NCBI GenBank assembly: GCA_964437505.1
Contig: CAYTGU010000009.1
Location: 5,231 to 69,230, forward strand
DNA from: an uncultured bacterium
GTDB lineage: Bacteria > JAHJDO01
Direction of reading: 5' to 3'
Length of the DNA: 64,000 nucleotides
Each line of letters begins with the position of its first letter. Within the stretch, counting starts at the first letter, position 1. The notes beneath the pieces were generated by a model. It saw only the letters and a program-made list of their open reading frames with translations. It was not told where the DNA came from and made no database searches. Shown piece after piece: positions 50,860-60,611 of the stretch. A program made the translations under genes and the position numbers.

Positions 50860-53800
50860 TTATAGTGTGTCTTGTGAAACAATCCGCGCATTTCCGCTGG
50901 CATCCAATATATTCACTGTTACAAATATCAAAAGCTTCTTTTTGTCTCCGCTCTTTGTCTTGTGTTGAAACAATTTACCCAACAGAGGAATATCCGAAAG
51001 AAAAGGTACCTTATATACAGTCTTTCCACCGGTATCCTCCATAAACCCGCCAAGAACAATTGTATCGCCATCATGAACAGTTACGTATGTCTCTATATCC
51101 TTGCTGTAAAAATCAGGTCTGGCAATAGTGGTATTTGTTGTTCCTACTGTTGAAATTGTATAGTTGGTCCAGCTGTCAACATTACTGATTACAGGTTGCA
51201 GAAATAATGTAACACAATTCGTAGCTTCATTTACCTGCGGCGTAACATTCAGTATCATGCCAACATCCTTCTCTGTGAATGTGTAATCAAAGGTTGTAGT
51301 AGTTACTTCATCTGTAGTTGTGCTGCTACTTGATACAGTATCTACATAACTTATTGTAGTAACAAACTTGACGATTCCAGGCTTATTATTAAGCACTGTC
51401 AGTTTTGGAGCTGAAAGAGTATTGGTATCCGTTCTGGACTGGACCGCTCTTAGATAAGCTGTTAACTGTAGTTTATCTAAAATAGCTACGTTCTGCAGAG
51501 AGAATCCACTAGTTGAAAGACCTGTAATACCAGAAAGAAGATCTGCTGTTACAGTATGACTCTGGGGGTGCTGCCCTCCTGCGTTTTTACTCCATGTTCT
51601 TGAAATATCTACAAATCCAACACCTATCTCCTCCCCTTCCACCAATCTTACATATACATACCTTGCCTCTATAGAGACCTGAACAGGGGTCCTGAGCTCA
51701 GCTAATACCTTTTCTGTTTTATCCAGATTCTCAGGAGTGTTCTTAACAAATATTTTATTGAGCTCACTTTGCACAGTAATGCTGGCGCCTGTTGGCTGAG
51801 GAACTAGGGCTTCTAAAAGCTCTTTTATGCTTTCGCCACTCACTCCGCTAGCCTCTCCTTCAGCCGCTTCTCCTGCCTCACCTAATCCTGTTCCCATATC
51901 CTCAGTCGTAGTCTTGAAACCCGAATCTCCTAAACGCACTATATTCATTGAGGCCCCGTACTCCAGAGAGTAGACTCTTGTTTCCAGATCCTCAAGAGGC
52001 TGAGCCAGAATCCTGGCCCTAGTAGATACATATATGTACTCTTTCGTAAACTTATAATCCAAGCCTTTAGGCCTTAGTATTGCTTCAAGCACACTTAAGA
52101 GAGTCATATTCTGCAGAAAACACGTTACCTTTGTATTTACAGGACCTGTCGGCTGAGCAACTGCTGCTGCTGCCTCTCCACCCCAGCCCTCAGCCTGTTC
52201 TGCAGCTGGCAGCGCTGCTATTGCTTCCCCAGAGAACATCGCCTCGTCAACAACAATATTAATACCTGTCTGCTTTATCAAGAACAGTATTACATCTCTC
52301 AAGTCTGTACCTGTATACTTTACAAGCGGGACCTTAATGCTGGATGCCTTATCTTTTAATTCTATAGCTGCGCCCACCTTTTCTTTCTTGCGTTTTAATT
52401 CCTTTATCCTTCTCACTTCAGCTGGAGGCAGCTGCGCTTTAGTAACTTCCAACATTCGCTCATCAGAAATAGCCTGAAGCCGCTTTCTGGTAAGCTTCTC
52501 TCCCTTAATTGTCTTCTCTGTTCTGACCTTTGATACTAAAAACTCTACGCTTCTGCGAAGATTTTCATCTAAAACATCAGGGAGAATCTCTTCAAGTATT
52601 TTAATTGCCTCATCATACTCTCCTGCGTCTGCCTCTATCTTAGCATCCGTAATCCTATCCTGTATATCCCTTTTTCTTAATCTTTCTTTTCTGGCTATCT
52701 GCTTCTTTGCAGCCTTTGCCTGCCGGACAGATCTTCTCTCATTCTGCTCTTTAAGCGACTCCTCTGAGGCTTTTAAGTATTCTTTTGCGCCTTCATGCGC
52801 AGAATCAAGACTCAAAACAGCATTAAATTCTTTAATTGCCTCAGAATATTCGTCATTACGGTATAACTTTTTTCCATCCACGTAATGTGTTTCTATCTTG
52901 TTTTCTAATTCTTCTTTTTCTTTCTGCCTGCGCTCTTCTATCTTCTTTTTCTGAAGCGTCATTAAATCCGCCTCTTTCTCTGTATCTTCCTCTGCTTTTT
53001 GTTTTGCAAGTTTTGATGCTTTCTCTGCTGCCTCCTGTTCAGAGATGTCAATTTTTTCTCTTATTCTCTCTGCCATCTTTAAAGCTTTTTTATTCTCAGA
53101 ATCTATATCAAGAACTTTTTGGTAGACAGTAAGAGCCTGTTTGTAATCCTTGTCCCCGTAACTCTCGTCAGCCTGCTCAAAAAGAGATGCGATTGCTAAC
53201 TCTTTCTGTTCCTCAATAAGCTGATCTTTATCGCTCCGTATTTTTTCTATCTTTTTGGTCGCTTTTTCAATAATCTTAGAAGCCTTCCTGTTCTTTGAAT
53301 CTATCAAGACTACCTCTTTAGAAAGAGATATTGCACCTTTATAATTTTTATCTTTGTATAGCTGTTTGGCTTCGCTCACCAGCCTGTCTATCTTTACCTC
53401 TCTGGCTTCTTCCTTGAACTTACGATCCTTCTCTGTCTGCTTCTGCGCTTCCAAGCGCGCCTGCTCAGCAAGTTTTTCCTTGTTAGCCAATTCCTTTTCT
53501 TTGGCAATTTGACTGCGCTCTTCCGATTTTACAATCAATTTCTGCGCAGATCTGTTATCTGAATCAATCCTAAGAATTTCTCTGCATTGAGCTATTGCCT
53601 CATCATACTTCTCATCTGAATACAGACTCTTTGCCACATCAAACAATTTATCCAGCTTCTTCTGCTTCTGTTTCTCAGCTTGTTTTTTCGCCAGTTCCTC
53701 TTTATCACGCTGTTTCTCCAATTCTCTCTCTCTTTTTCTTTGCATGCGAACTTGTGCCTTCTTAAGAAGACGGTGAGCAGCTGCATTATACTGGTCAATC

Positions 53801-54048
53801 TCGCGCACCTTTTGACACTCGATAATTGCTCTTTCGTAGTCTCCTCTCTTATAATACTGCCTAGCTAATTTATAATATTCTTTTATTTCCTCCTGATCTC
53901 TTTCTGACAAATCTGTATCTGCATAAACAACTTGATTAGAAAATACTGAAAAAACCTGAGGACAAAAATCAAATGCCTTTATGGGTATAAAACGGATAGT
54001 CAGAAAGGAAAGAACTAAAAAAACTATGCCTAGACTGCATTTTTTCAT
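50860..54048 (-). CDS. pilQ: type IV pilus / type II secretion secretin (PilQ-like) with ~550-aa N-terminal TPR-like/coiled-coil extension
   Basis: Signal peptide; six ~35-aa repeats (Y..G.Y..AI......L.ID..N..A) interspersed with KE-rich coiled coil; a GEAGEAAEGEASG low-complexity linker; C-terminal secretin domain VVLGGFMEDTGGKTVYKVPFLSDIPLLGKLF. Confidence 0.75.
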   Translation of the reverse strand: MKKCSLGIVFLVLSFLTIRFIPIKAFDFCPQVFSVFSNQVVYADTDLSERDQEEIKEYYKLARQYYKRGDYERAIIECQKVREIDQYNAAAHRLLKKAQVRMQRKRERELEKQRDKEELAKKQAEKQKQKKLDKLFDVAKSLYSDEKYDEAIAQCREILRIDSDNRSAQKLIVKSEERSQIAKEKELANKEKLAEQARLEAQKQTEKDRKFKEEAREVKIDRLVSEAKQLYKDKNYKGAISLSKEVVLIDSKNRKASKIIEKATKKIEKIRSDKDQLIEEQKELAIASLFEQADESYGDKDYKQALTVYQKVLDIDSENKKALKMAERIREKIDISEQEAAEKASKLAKQKAEEDTEKEADLMTLQKKKIEERRQKEKEELENKIETHYVDGKKLYRNDEYSEAIKEFNAVLSLDSAHEGAKEYLKASEESLKEQNERRSVRQAKAAKKQIARKERLRKRDIQDRITDAKIEADAGEYDEAIKILEEILPDVLDENLRRSVEFLVSKVRTEKTIKGEKLTRKRLQAISDERMLEVTKAQLPPAEVRRIKELKRKKEKVGAAIELKDKASSIKVPLVKYTGTDLRDVILFLIKQTGINIVVDEAMFSGEAIAALPAAEQAEGWGGEAAAAVAQPTGPVNTKVTCFLQNMTLLSVLEAILRPKGLDYKFTKEYIYVSTRARILAQPLEDLETRVYSLEYGASMNIVRLGDSGFKTTTEDMGTGLGEAGEAAEGEASGVSGESIKELLEALVPQPTGASITVQSELNKIFVKNTPENLDKTEKVLAELRTPVQVSIEARYVYVRLVEGEEIGVGFVDISRTWSKNAGGQHPQSHTVTADLLSGITGLSTSGFSLQNVAILDKLQLTAYLRAVQSRTDTNTLSAPKLTVLNNKPGIVKFVTTISYVDTVSSSSTTTDEVTTTTFDYTFTEKDVGMILNVTPQVNEATNCVTLFLQPVISNVDSWTNYTISTVGTTNTTIARPDFYSKDIETYVTVHDGDTIVLGGFMEDTGGKTVYKVPFLSDIPLLGKLFQHKTKSGDKKKLLIFVTVNILDASGNARIVSQDTL

Positions 54049-54069
54049 TGTTAAGCCTCCAGAGACAAA

Positions 54070-54660
54070 CTATTTCTTAATTTCTATTTTTATGTCTTTC
54101 TTTTTATCTTCGTCGGATAGTAGCACGTAAGTTTTTGTTATGTCAAGAACTTTGTGTTTTTCAACAATTTCACCTTTTTTCACGTAAAATTCTTCTCCTG
54201 TACCTTTGTTCCTTACTGTTGCAACCAGTCCTCCAATATCAATAACACCAATATACGCATACTCTGTCGGTATTTCCACTTTCTTTTCCGCTTTTTCTTC
54301 TATTACTGGCTTTCTTTTTTTCTTAAGCCCTGGCACAGAAGAAAAGGCGTTACGTTTATAAAAATCGCGATAGTATAGAATAGGCTTTTTGGTAAAAAGC
54401 CCCGCAGAAGCACCTAAAGTTTCCTCTCTTGGAATATCTTTATTCAAAAAAGACGGATTATATTCTCGCTCTAACCTAAATTCATCTGCTATAGATATGC
54501 CTACTCCTTTATTGCCCCACTGTGTACCAAGTTTAACAGAAAGAAAGAGAAAAATAGCAAGAATAAACCAAAAAATTACTCTTTCAAAATTATCCTTGAA
54601 GATTGTTAAAACTTGAATTAATAATGCTGTCAATTCTTGCCTCCCATATACTAAATCCAA
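54070..54660 (-). CDS. pilus assembly protein PilP-like
   Basis: N-terminal TM helix plus a C-terminal beta domain (YIGVIDIGGLVATVRN...EFYVKKGEIV) and its position between pilO and pilQ. Confidence 0.45.
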   Translation of the reverse strand: MDLVYGRQELTALLIQVLTIFKDNFERVIFWFILAIFLFLSVKLGTQWGNKGVGISIADEFRLEREYNPSFLNKDIPREETLGASAGLFTKKPILYYRDFYKRNAFSSVPGLKKKRKPVIEEKAEKKVEIPTEYAYIGVIDIGGLVATVRNKGTGEEFYVKKGEIVEKHKVLDITKTYVLLSDEDKKKDIKIEIKK

Positions 54661-55370
54661 ACAATTGTATTTATCAACAATTCAAGCGAGAGCATATTTG
54701 CCTCATTTGAAGTTATAGAGATTTTCTCCACAACATATAGTTCAGGAGCATTTTGCACGTTATATAAAAATTGAGTGATTGCCATAAGATTACCATTCAC
54801 AGTAAGTTCTATAGGAACTTCTTCAAAATAGGACTTATTGGAAATCTCCCCAAATATTAAGTTGCTAATCGAGAGTAAGCCGCTATTGATACCCAGTTTA
54901 AGAATATCCTGTACAACTTTAAGCTGCCTCAATAAAGCAGGAACTTGTTCCACGTCAGGCATTGCATCTGAGAATCCCAATAATGGAGGGATTTCCACAC
55001 CTGATTTACTGGAAAGCTTAAGCATCTCTCCTCTTGCATCAAATAATCTCTGTTGAAAAAAAAGCACAGGATTTCCTGATGTTGGTATCTGGATGCTTTG
55101 TTCAAAGGTCAACCGCTTTTTTACCAATTCATATTCTTTTGCTAACCTCTTGTTACCCTCCTCCAATACCTGAATAATCCCTTTAGATGGAGGCCCTTCA
55201 GTTCCAGACAAATACTCTCTTAGTTTAGCAGAGTTAGAAGTGTACTGACGGTCTACAATAGAGCTCTTTTTTCTTACAGGCATGGTTAATGTGAGATATA
55301 ACACACTAAGAATACCTAGCGTTATAATACCTATCCCTATCAATACATATATCTCAGAAATACGTCTCAA
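54651..55370 (-). CDS. pilus assembly protein PilO-like
   Basis: Single TM helix, a coiled coil and a C-terminal ferredoxin-like region; gene order pilMN-pilO-pilP-pilQ. Confidence 0.55.
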   Translation of the reverse strand: MRRISEIYVLIGIGIITLGILSVLYLTLTMPVRKKSSIVDRQYTSNSAKLREYLSGTEGPPSKGIIQVLEEGNKRLAKEYELVKKRLTFEQSIQIPTSGNPVLFFQQRLFDARGEMLKLSSKSGVEIPPLLGFSDAMPDVEQVPALLRQLKVVQDILKLGINSGLLSISNLIFGEISNKSYFEEVPIELTVNGNLMAITQFLYNVQNAPELYVVEKISITSNEANMLSLELLINTIVWI

Positions 55371-55374
55371 TCTT

Positions 55375-56994
55375 CTATTCCTTCTTTAATACAAGATTTA
55401 ACTCAAACTGGATCTTAACCTGCTCAACTCTCTTGCTTTTGAGATTGCCGTCTTGAGAATCTTCGCTTTCACCTTCAGATACAGTTTTATTTTCTTTTGT
55501 AGAAACCAGCTTAGCATCTTTAAAATATGGAGAAAATTTTAGCCGAAAAATAAAATTATTCAGAGCAGGATATGAGTCTGCTAGTCCAATTACCAGTAAA
55601 GTATTATCTTTTTCTTCTACTGTTGAAGAAAATTGTAAAATAATAATATCAGAAGGAGTAAGCCTGCTCATTTCCATTAGTGTCCTAGTCCACAAATCTC
55701 TCTTAAAAATTACAGACTTAGAAACATTTAATCTTTGTTTTATCTTTGTTCTTTCTTCCTCTAACTCCTTTATTCTGGGAATAAAAGAGTCGCACTTCTT
55801 TAGTATATCCTTTATCCTCTGCAGCTTGGAATCCTTAATTATATAATTTTGAAGCGCGAATATATGCATTGTTACAAAGATTAATATTAATAGAATCGCC
55901 GACATAATTAACGGCATTCTCTTCTTCTTAAGTTTCTTCTCTATAATTAGTTCTGAAGGAAGAAGGTTTATTTTTGTATCAGTCTCTTTAAGCGCTGTTA
56001 AGGCAGATCCAATAGCGACACTCCAAGCATTAGGACTTCGATCAACAATGTCCAGCATCCTCTCATTACTAATTAGAATATTTGAAAAAGGATTTAATTC
56101 AACTACTTCCATCTTAAGACTATTAGATAGAAACGTTGTAATCTCTTTCAAGTTAGAAGACTGTCCAGTTAAAACAACTTTTCTGAATTCTGATTTTCTA
56201 TCCATCTGAGACACATAAAAACTAATTGATCGATGTATCTCACTACTCAAAGTTTCCAAAACAGACACAGCTGCGCTAATGTTTCCTTTTTTATGTTTCG
56301 TCTTTTCAGCATCTTCAAACCCTATGCTCTGCTCCTTTTGAATTGCTCTAGTAATATCGTTTCCAGCAATATGTATGGATCTGGTAAAAACCAATTGCTT
56401 TTCTTTTGCAACGCTAATATCCGTTGATGTTGCTCCTATATCTATTAGTACAATTGGCCCATTATCTAACGTATCATTAAATTTAGCACAATTAAATACT
56501 GCAAATGAAGTAGCTTCAATTAAATCTGGTGCTATTCCTAGTCCAGAAATCTTGGCTATGAGGTCATTAATCAGCCCTGATTTTACAGCAACTAAAGCAA
56601 TATTTATATCTGGAGCTGCTTTATCCTCACTTTTTAAAATCTGATAGTCCCAAATAACCTCTTCTAATGGGAAGGGAACTTGTTGTTGGGCTTCATACTT
56701 TATGATCTGTCTTATTCTACTCGCTCCTACAGATGGAACCTTAAAATGACGGACAATAACAGATCGTCCAGGCATAGCTACTACTAGCTGAGACTTTGCA
56801 AGTTTTCTGAAAGATATGACTGCTTCTGTAAGCGATGAGACTACATTCTCCTCTTTTGGCCTTCCATCCTTTGTCTTTACACTGATAACACTTGCATTTT
56901 TAAGCTCTATTCCCTGAGAAGATCTTTCAAGCTCTACAATCTTAATGGAATTACTGCCAATATCCAGACCTATACCATTTTTAGTCTTAGCCAT
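55375..56994 (-). CDS. pilM: PilM (actin-like ATPase) fused to PilN-like TM/periplasmic domain
   Basis: N-terminal GIGLDIGSNSIKIVEL actin-fold motif; about 350 aa of PilM followed by a TM helix (MPLIMSAILLILIFVTMHIFAL) and a PilN-like C-terminus; 539 aa. Confidence 0.7.
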   Translation of the reverse strand: MAKTKNGIGLDIGSNSIKIVELERSSQGIELKNASVISVKTKDGRPKEENVVSSLTEAVISFRKLAKSQLVVAMPGRSVIVRHFKVPSVGASRIRQIIKYEAQQQVPFPLEEVIWDYQILKSEDKAAPDINIALVAVKSGLINDLIAKISGLGIAPDLIEATSFAVFNCAKFNDTLDNGPIVLIDIGATSTDISVAKEKQLVFTRSIHIAGNDITRAIQKEQSIGFEDAEKTKHKKGNISAAVSVLETLSSEIHRSISFYVSQMDRKSEFRKVVLTGQSSNLKEITTFLSNSLKMEVVELNPFSNILISNERMLDIVDRSPNAWSVAIGSALTALKETDTKINLLPSELIIEKKLKKKRMPLIMSAILLILIFVTMHIFALQNYIIKDSKLQRIKDILKKCDSFIPRIKELEEERTKIKQRLNVSKSVIFKRDLWTRTLMEMSRLTPSDIIILQFSSTVEEKDNTLLVIGLADSYPALNNFIFRLKFSPYFKDAKLVSTKENKTVSEGESEDSQDGNLKSKRVEQVKIQFELNLVLKKE

Positions 56995-57076
56995 ATACTA
57001 TCTTCCGCCAAGTTAACACATTTAAACAGGATTCTATCATTGCCATTTTATATTGTCAAGAACAAGCAAACGCTTT

Positions 57077-57150
57077 TGGAGCGGGTGATGGGAATCGGAC
57101 CCACGCTATTAGCTTGGAAGGCTAAAGTTCTACCACTGAACTACACCCGC
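57077..57150 (-). tRNA. tRNA-Gly (anticodon TCC), CCA encoded
   Basis: The reverse complement reads GCGGGTGTAGTTCAGTGGTAGAAC..anticodon loop CTTCCAA..GGGTCCGATTCCCATCACCCGCTCCA. Confidence 0.8.
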
Positions 57151-57163
57151 ATTTTCAAATCCA

Positions 57164-58099
57164 TTATACAGAGCTAAAAGACTGTGTCAAATTCTCTATC
57201 TCCAGTATCTTCCTGAACCCCTCGATACGCTTTTTTATTTCATTTTCTTTAAGAGTTATTAATCTGTTAAGGCTAAAATCCTCCACAGTGAAAGATGCTA
57301 TTATTGTTGCATAAACCAGGGCTTTACGAATAGTATTGTCCCGAAAGTCTTCGGGATTCACTTTGGAAATGTAGCCTAAGAATCCACCACCAAAACTATC
57401 CCCTGCGCCTGTAGGATCAAGCACATTTTTTACTGGATACGCTGGTAAAGCAAAACATGTGTCCTTGCTAAAGAACATTACTCCATGTTCCCCCATTTTT
57501 ACTACTACATATCTTACGCCTAACTTTAATATTTTATCAGCCGCTTTCGCAAAGTCAGATTCTTTAGTTAGCTGTCTTGCCTCACTGTCGTTTAGCATAA
57601 CCACATCTGCTCGCTTAAATACATCCAAAAGAACGCTCTTTTTATTCTCTATCCAAATATCCATTGTGTCGCAGACAACTAGTTTCGGATTTTCAACCTG
57701 ATCTAAGATATGGAGCTGAAGTTTAGGATCAATATTCGCAAGAAAAACATAGTCTGATTTCCTATGTTTATCTGGAAGTTCAGGATAGAAGTCCCCTAAA
57801 ACACCCAGATCCACAGATAATGTTTCTCTTTGATTAATGTCTTTCTTATAAACTCCTGACCATCTGAATGTTTTGCCCGCCTTTTTCTCCAATCCAGCGA
57901 TATCTATTCCCTTTTTACTAAACAGATTTATATAACGCTGTGGAAAGTCCTGTCCTACTGCTCCTACTAAACGAACTTCTCCAAAATGGCTCGCTGCATA
58001 TGAAAAATAGGACGCTGATCCGCCCAGAACATCCTTTGCTTCTCCAAAAGGAGTCTTGACAGAATCCAAAGCAACAGAACCTACTACTAATATGCTCAT
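57164..58099 (-). CDS. PfkB-family carbohydrate/nucleoside kinase
   Basis: N-terminal ILVVGSVALD and the C-terminal DPTGAGDSFGGGF anion-hole motif; start set at the MSIL ATG overlapping the cobS stop. Confidence 0.65.
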   Translation of the reverse strand: MSILVVGSVALDSVKTPFGEAKDVLGGSASYFSYAASHFGEVRLVGAVGQDFPQRYINLFSKKGIDIAGLEKKAGKTFRWSGVYKKDINQRETLSVDLGVLGDFYPELPDKHRKSDYVFLANIDPKLQLHILDQVENPKLVVCDTMDIWIENKKSVLLDVFKRADVVMLNDSEARQLTKESDFAKAADKILKLGVRYVVVKMGEHGVMFFSKDTCFALPAYPVKNVLDPTGAGDSFGGGFLGYISKVNPEDFRDNTIRKALVYATIIASFTVEDFSLNRLITLKENEIKKRIEGFRKILEIENLTQSFSSV

Positions 58100-58833
58100 A
58101 CAAATATCTCTACACAAAATAGAACAAACACTTCTACTAACTCATTCAACATGCCCATAGTATCTCCTGTGACACCATCTATCCTCTTTAAAAAATATCC
58201 TCGCATAATAAGCGCAAACAATAAAACAAAAAAAATAATAAAATTACCTTTTACTCCGAACAGCAAAACTGCAAGAAGATAAGAGATAAGTACAGGAATC
58301 AACCAATGCATATTTTTCTTCTCTACAGCAAAAACACTTCCTAATCCATTACTCTTTGAACTTGGTGTTAACAATAAAACGAAACTCATGCTGCTTCTGG
58401 AAAGAACAGGCATTATGAATATTGCTTTTGCAAATATGTCTTTGGATAGAGAACCTATAAGCGCAAACTTTAGCATTAACAAACATACTACTCCAATAAC
58501 GCCGAATGCGCCCACATTATGATCCTTCATTATCCTTAGGATATCATCCTTATTCTTGCCTCCGAATAAGCCGTCTATAGAATCCATAAATCCATCCAGA
58601 TGCAATCCTCCTGTCAGTATTGCAAGGAGTGTTATAATAAACGCACTCAGCACAAGTGGAGAGAATATATTTCTAAAGATTAAGTAGACAATAGAAAGCA
58701 GTAAGCCAATAAGTATGCCAACAACAGGAAAGAATAGTACGGAATCTTTTATTTTCTCTTCCTCAATATCTCTTGAGAATTTCTCAAACGGAAGAATAGT
58801 CAAAAAATTTATTGCAAAGAATATGCTTTTCAT
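58096..58833 (-). CDS. cobS: adenosylcobinamide-GDP ribazoletransferase (cobalamin 5'-phosphate synthase)
   Basis: Polytopic protein with LTGGLHLDGFMDSIDGLFGG. Confidence 0.8.
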   Translation of the reverse strand: MKSIFFAINFLTILPFEKFSRDIEEEKIKDSVLFFPVVGILIGLLLSIVYLIFRNIFSPLVLSAFIITLLAILTGGLHLDGFMDSIDGLFGGKNKDDILRIMKDHNVGAFGVIGVVCLLMLKFALIGSLSKDIFAKAIFIMPVLSRSSMSFVLLLTPSSKSNGLGSVFAVEKKNMHWLIPVLISYLLAVLLFGVKGNFIIFFVLLFALIMRGYFLKRIDGVTGDTMGMLNELVEVFVLFCVEIFV

Positions 58834-59885
58834 TATATGAATTTCTCTATCATTTTTGAAATTCCAGTAAACACTTCCTCCACACTAACCTCTTCCATAC
58901 ATCTGTGATCTTTTGGACATTCCCGAAGAAAACACGGTGAGCAACTAACTTTCTTATATGCTATCACCAGTTTCTCAGATGGGATAGCAACTGTAGTAGG
59001 ATCTGTCGGACCAAAGATTGCCAGTATTGGAACTCTTAACGCAAATGCAATATACAGAGGCCCTGTATCCCCTGTTACAAATAATTTGCATTTATTAACC
59101 AGCCCTATGCTATCCTGAAGAGTTGTCTTTCCAGCTGCTATAGCGCATTTGTTCCTTAATTTTTTTGCCAGTATATTTACAAGATATTGATCGTTCGAAC
59201 TGCCAAATAAAACTAATTTTGCATTATAAGCACTAATCAATCTGTTGCCTAATTCAGCATATTTTTTAGCAGGCCAGCACTTCGCTTCCCCATACGCAGC
59301 TCCGGCGTTAAAGCCTATTATTGTATCTGTTTCATCTATCTTGTTTTCCTCAAGAAAATTTTTCGCAAAGGTTTCCGACTCTTTTGAAACATTTAGAACT
59401 AGTTCTCTATCTGCTTGCTTTTCGCCTACTAAATTAGCTATATTTAAAAAATAATCTATTCTGAGCTTTTCAAATTCCAAATCTGCTGTGCGTGGAGTCG
59501 TTATGTTTAAAAACATACTTCTACAATCCGTCTTATATCCAACTCTGTACCTTGTGCCAAGTAAAAATAGAAATAATGCTGAACTAAAGGAATTGGGAAA
59601 TGCTACGCCTATATCAAATTTTTCCTTTCTTAACTTCTTAATCAATCTAATGTATCCGATCAGGTTCTTTGGATTGCAAACAATAATATCGTCAATAAAT
59701 GGATTGCCAACAAACACATCTTTAACCCATTCTTTTACAACAATAGTAATTTTTGCATTTGGAAAATTCTCTGCCAGTTGTGTGATTGCCGGCGTAGTCA
59801 TAATAGCATCACCTATCCAGTTAACACTTCTTACAACAATTTTTTTAACTTGCATGCTATTTATCTCTGGCATTTTCTTTCCCAC
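58833..59885 (-). CDS. ADP-heptose:LPS heptosyltransferase (glycosyltransferase family 9, WaaF/WaaC-like)
   Basis: VRSVNWIGDAIMTTPAI and a C-terminal GDTGPLYIAFALRVPILAIFGPTDP motif. Confidence 0.8.
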   Translation of the reverse strand: MGKKMPEINSMQVKKIVVRSVNWIGDAIMTTPAITQLAENFPNAKITIVVKEWVKDVFVGNPFIDDIIVCNPKNLIGYIRLIKKLRKEKFDIGVAFPNSFSSALFLFLLGTRYRVGYKTDCRSMFLNITTPRTADLEFEKLRIDYFLNIANLVGEKQADRELVLNVSKESETFAKNFLEENKIDETDTIIGFNAGAAYGEAKCWPAKKYAELGNRLISAYNAKLVLFGSSNDQYLVNILAKKLRNKCAIAAGKTTLQDSIGLVNKCKLFVTGDTGPLYIAFALRVPILAIFGPTDPTTVAIPSEKLVIAYKKVSCSPCFLRECPKDHRCMEEVSVEEVFTGISKMIEKFI

Positions 59886-60610
59886 GCTTTTGCATATTTA
59901 GAGAACACATAAAAAGCACCTAATGCACACACTACTATTCCCACAGCTCCGTCCAAAAAACCCCTTTTAAGAATGTACATTTTGAAGAACTTACCAAAGG
60001 GCCACAGAACTAAATGAAATATTCCTATCCTATGCTTCCTCTTTAATATTTCTTTAGCAGCCGAATCAGTATATTTATTAAACTTCTGGAAATAATGCTC
60101 CAAATTACGATATGGCTTATGAATCAGATCTCCCACTAAATAGCCTTTTCCCCCTTTTAACTCAACACTCGAACCTAATTCTCTATCTTTGTATACTGCT
60201 TCATCACGCTGAAATAGTCGCAAGACATAGTCAGGATACCAACCGCAATAGTTAACTGGTTTTCCCAAAAAATAATTCCTGCGAGCTATGTAATAGCCAT
60301 TCAGATCAGGCTTGTTTTTTATAAGCTTTTCTATGTTCTTAGATAACTCGACTGTTACTGCTTCGTCAGAGTCAACTACCAATATCCAGTTACTCGTTAT
60401 CTTCTTAAGCACCCAATTCAGTTGTCTTCCATAATTTACATACTTATTATAATATATTTTGTCAGTATAAGATTTAGCTATTTCAATTGTTCCGTCCGTG
60501 CTTCCTGAATCTACTATAACTATGTCAGTTATCCACTTAATACTCTCGAGACATTTCTCCAATGTGTCAAATGAATTATAGGTCAAAACTATGGCAGATA
60601 AATTAGACAT
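59861..60610 (-). CDS. glycosyltransferase family 2 (KdtX/WaaE-like LPS core glycosyltransferase)
   Basis: SAIVLTYNSFDTLEKCL...VDSGSTDGT with a DxD motif (VVDSDE); about 249 aa. Confidence 0.7.
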   Translation of the reverse strand: MSNLSAIVLTYNSFDTLEKCLESIKWITDIVIVDSGSTDGTIEIAKSYTDKIYYNKYVNYGRQLNWVLKKITSNWILVVDSDEAVTVELSKNIEKLIKNKPDLNGYYIARRNYFLGKPVNYCGWYPDYVLRLFQRDEAVYKDRELGSSVELKGGKGYLVGDLIHKPYRNLEHYFQKFNKYTDSAAKEILKRKHRIGIFHLVLWPFGKFFKMYILKRGFLDGAVGIVVCALGAFYVFSKYAKAWERKCQR

Positions 60611-60611
60611 C

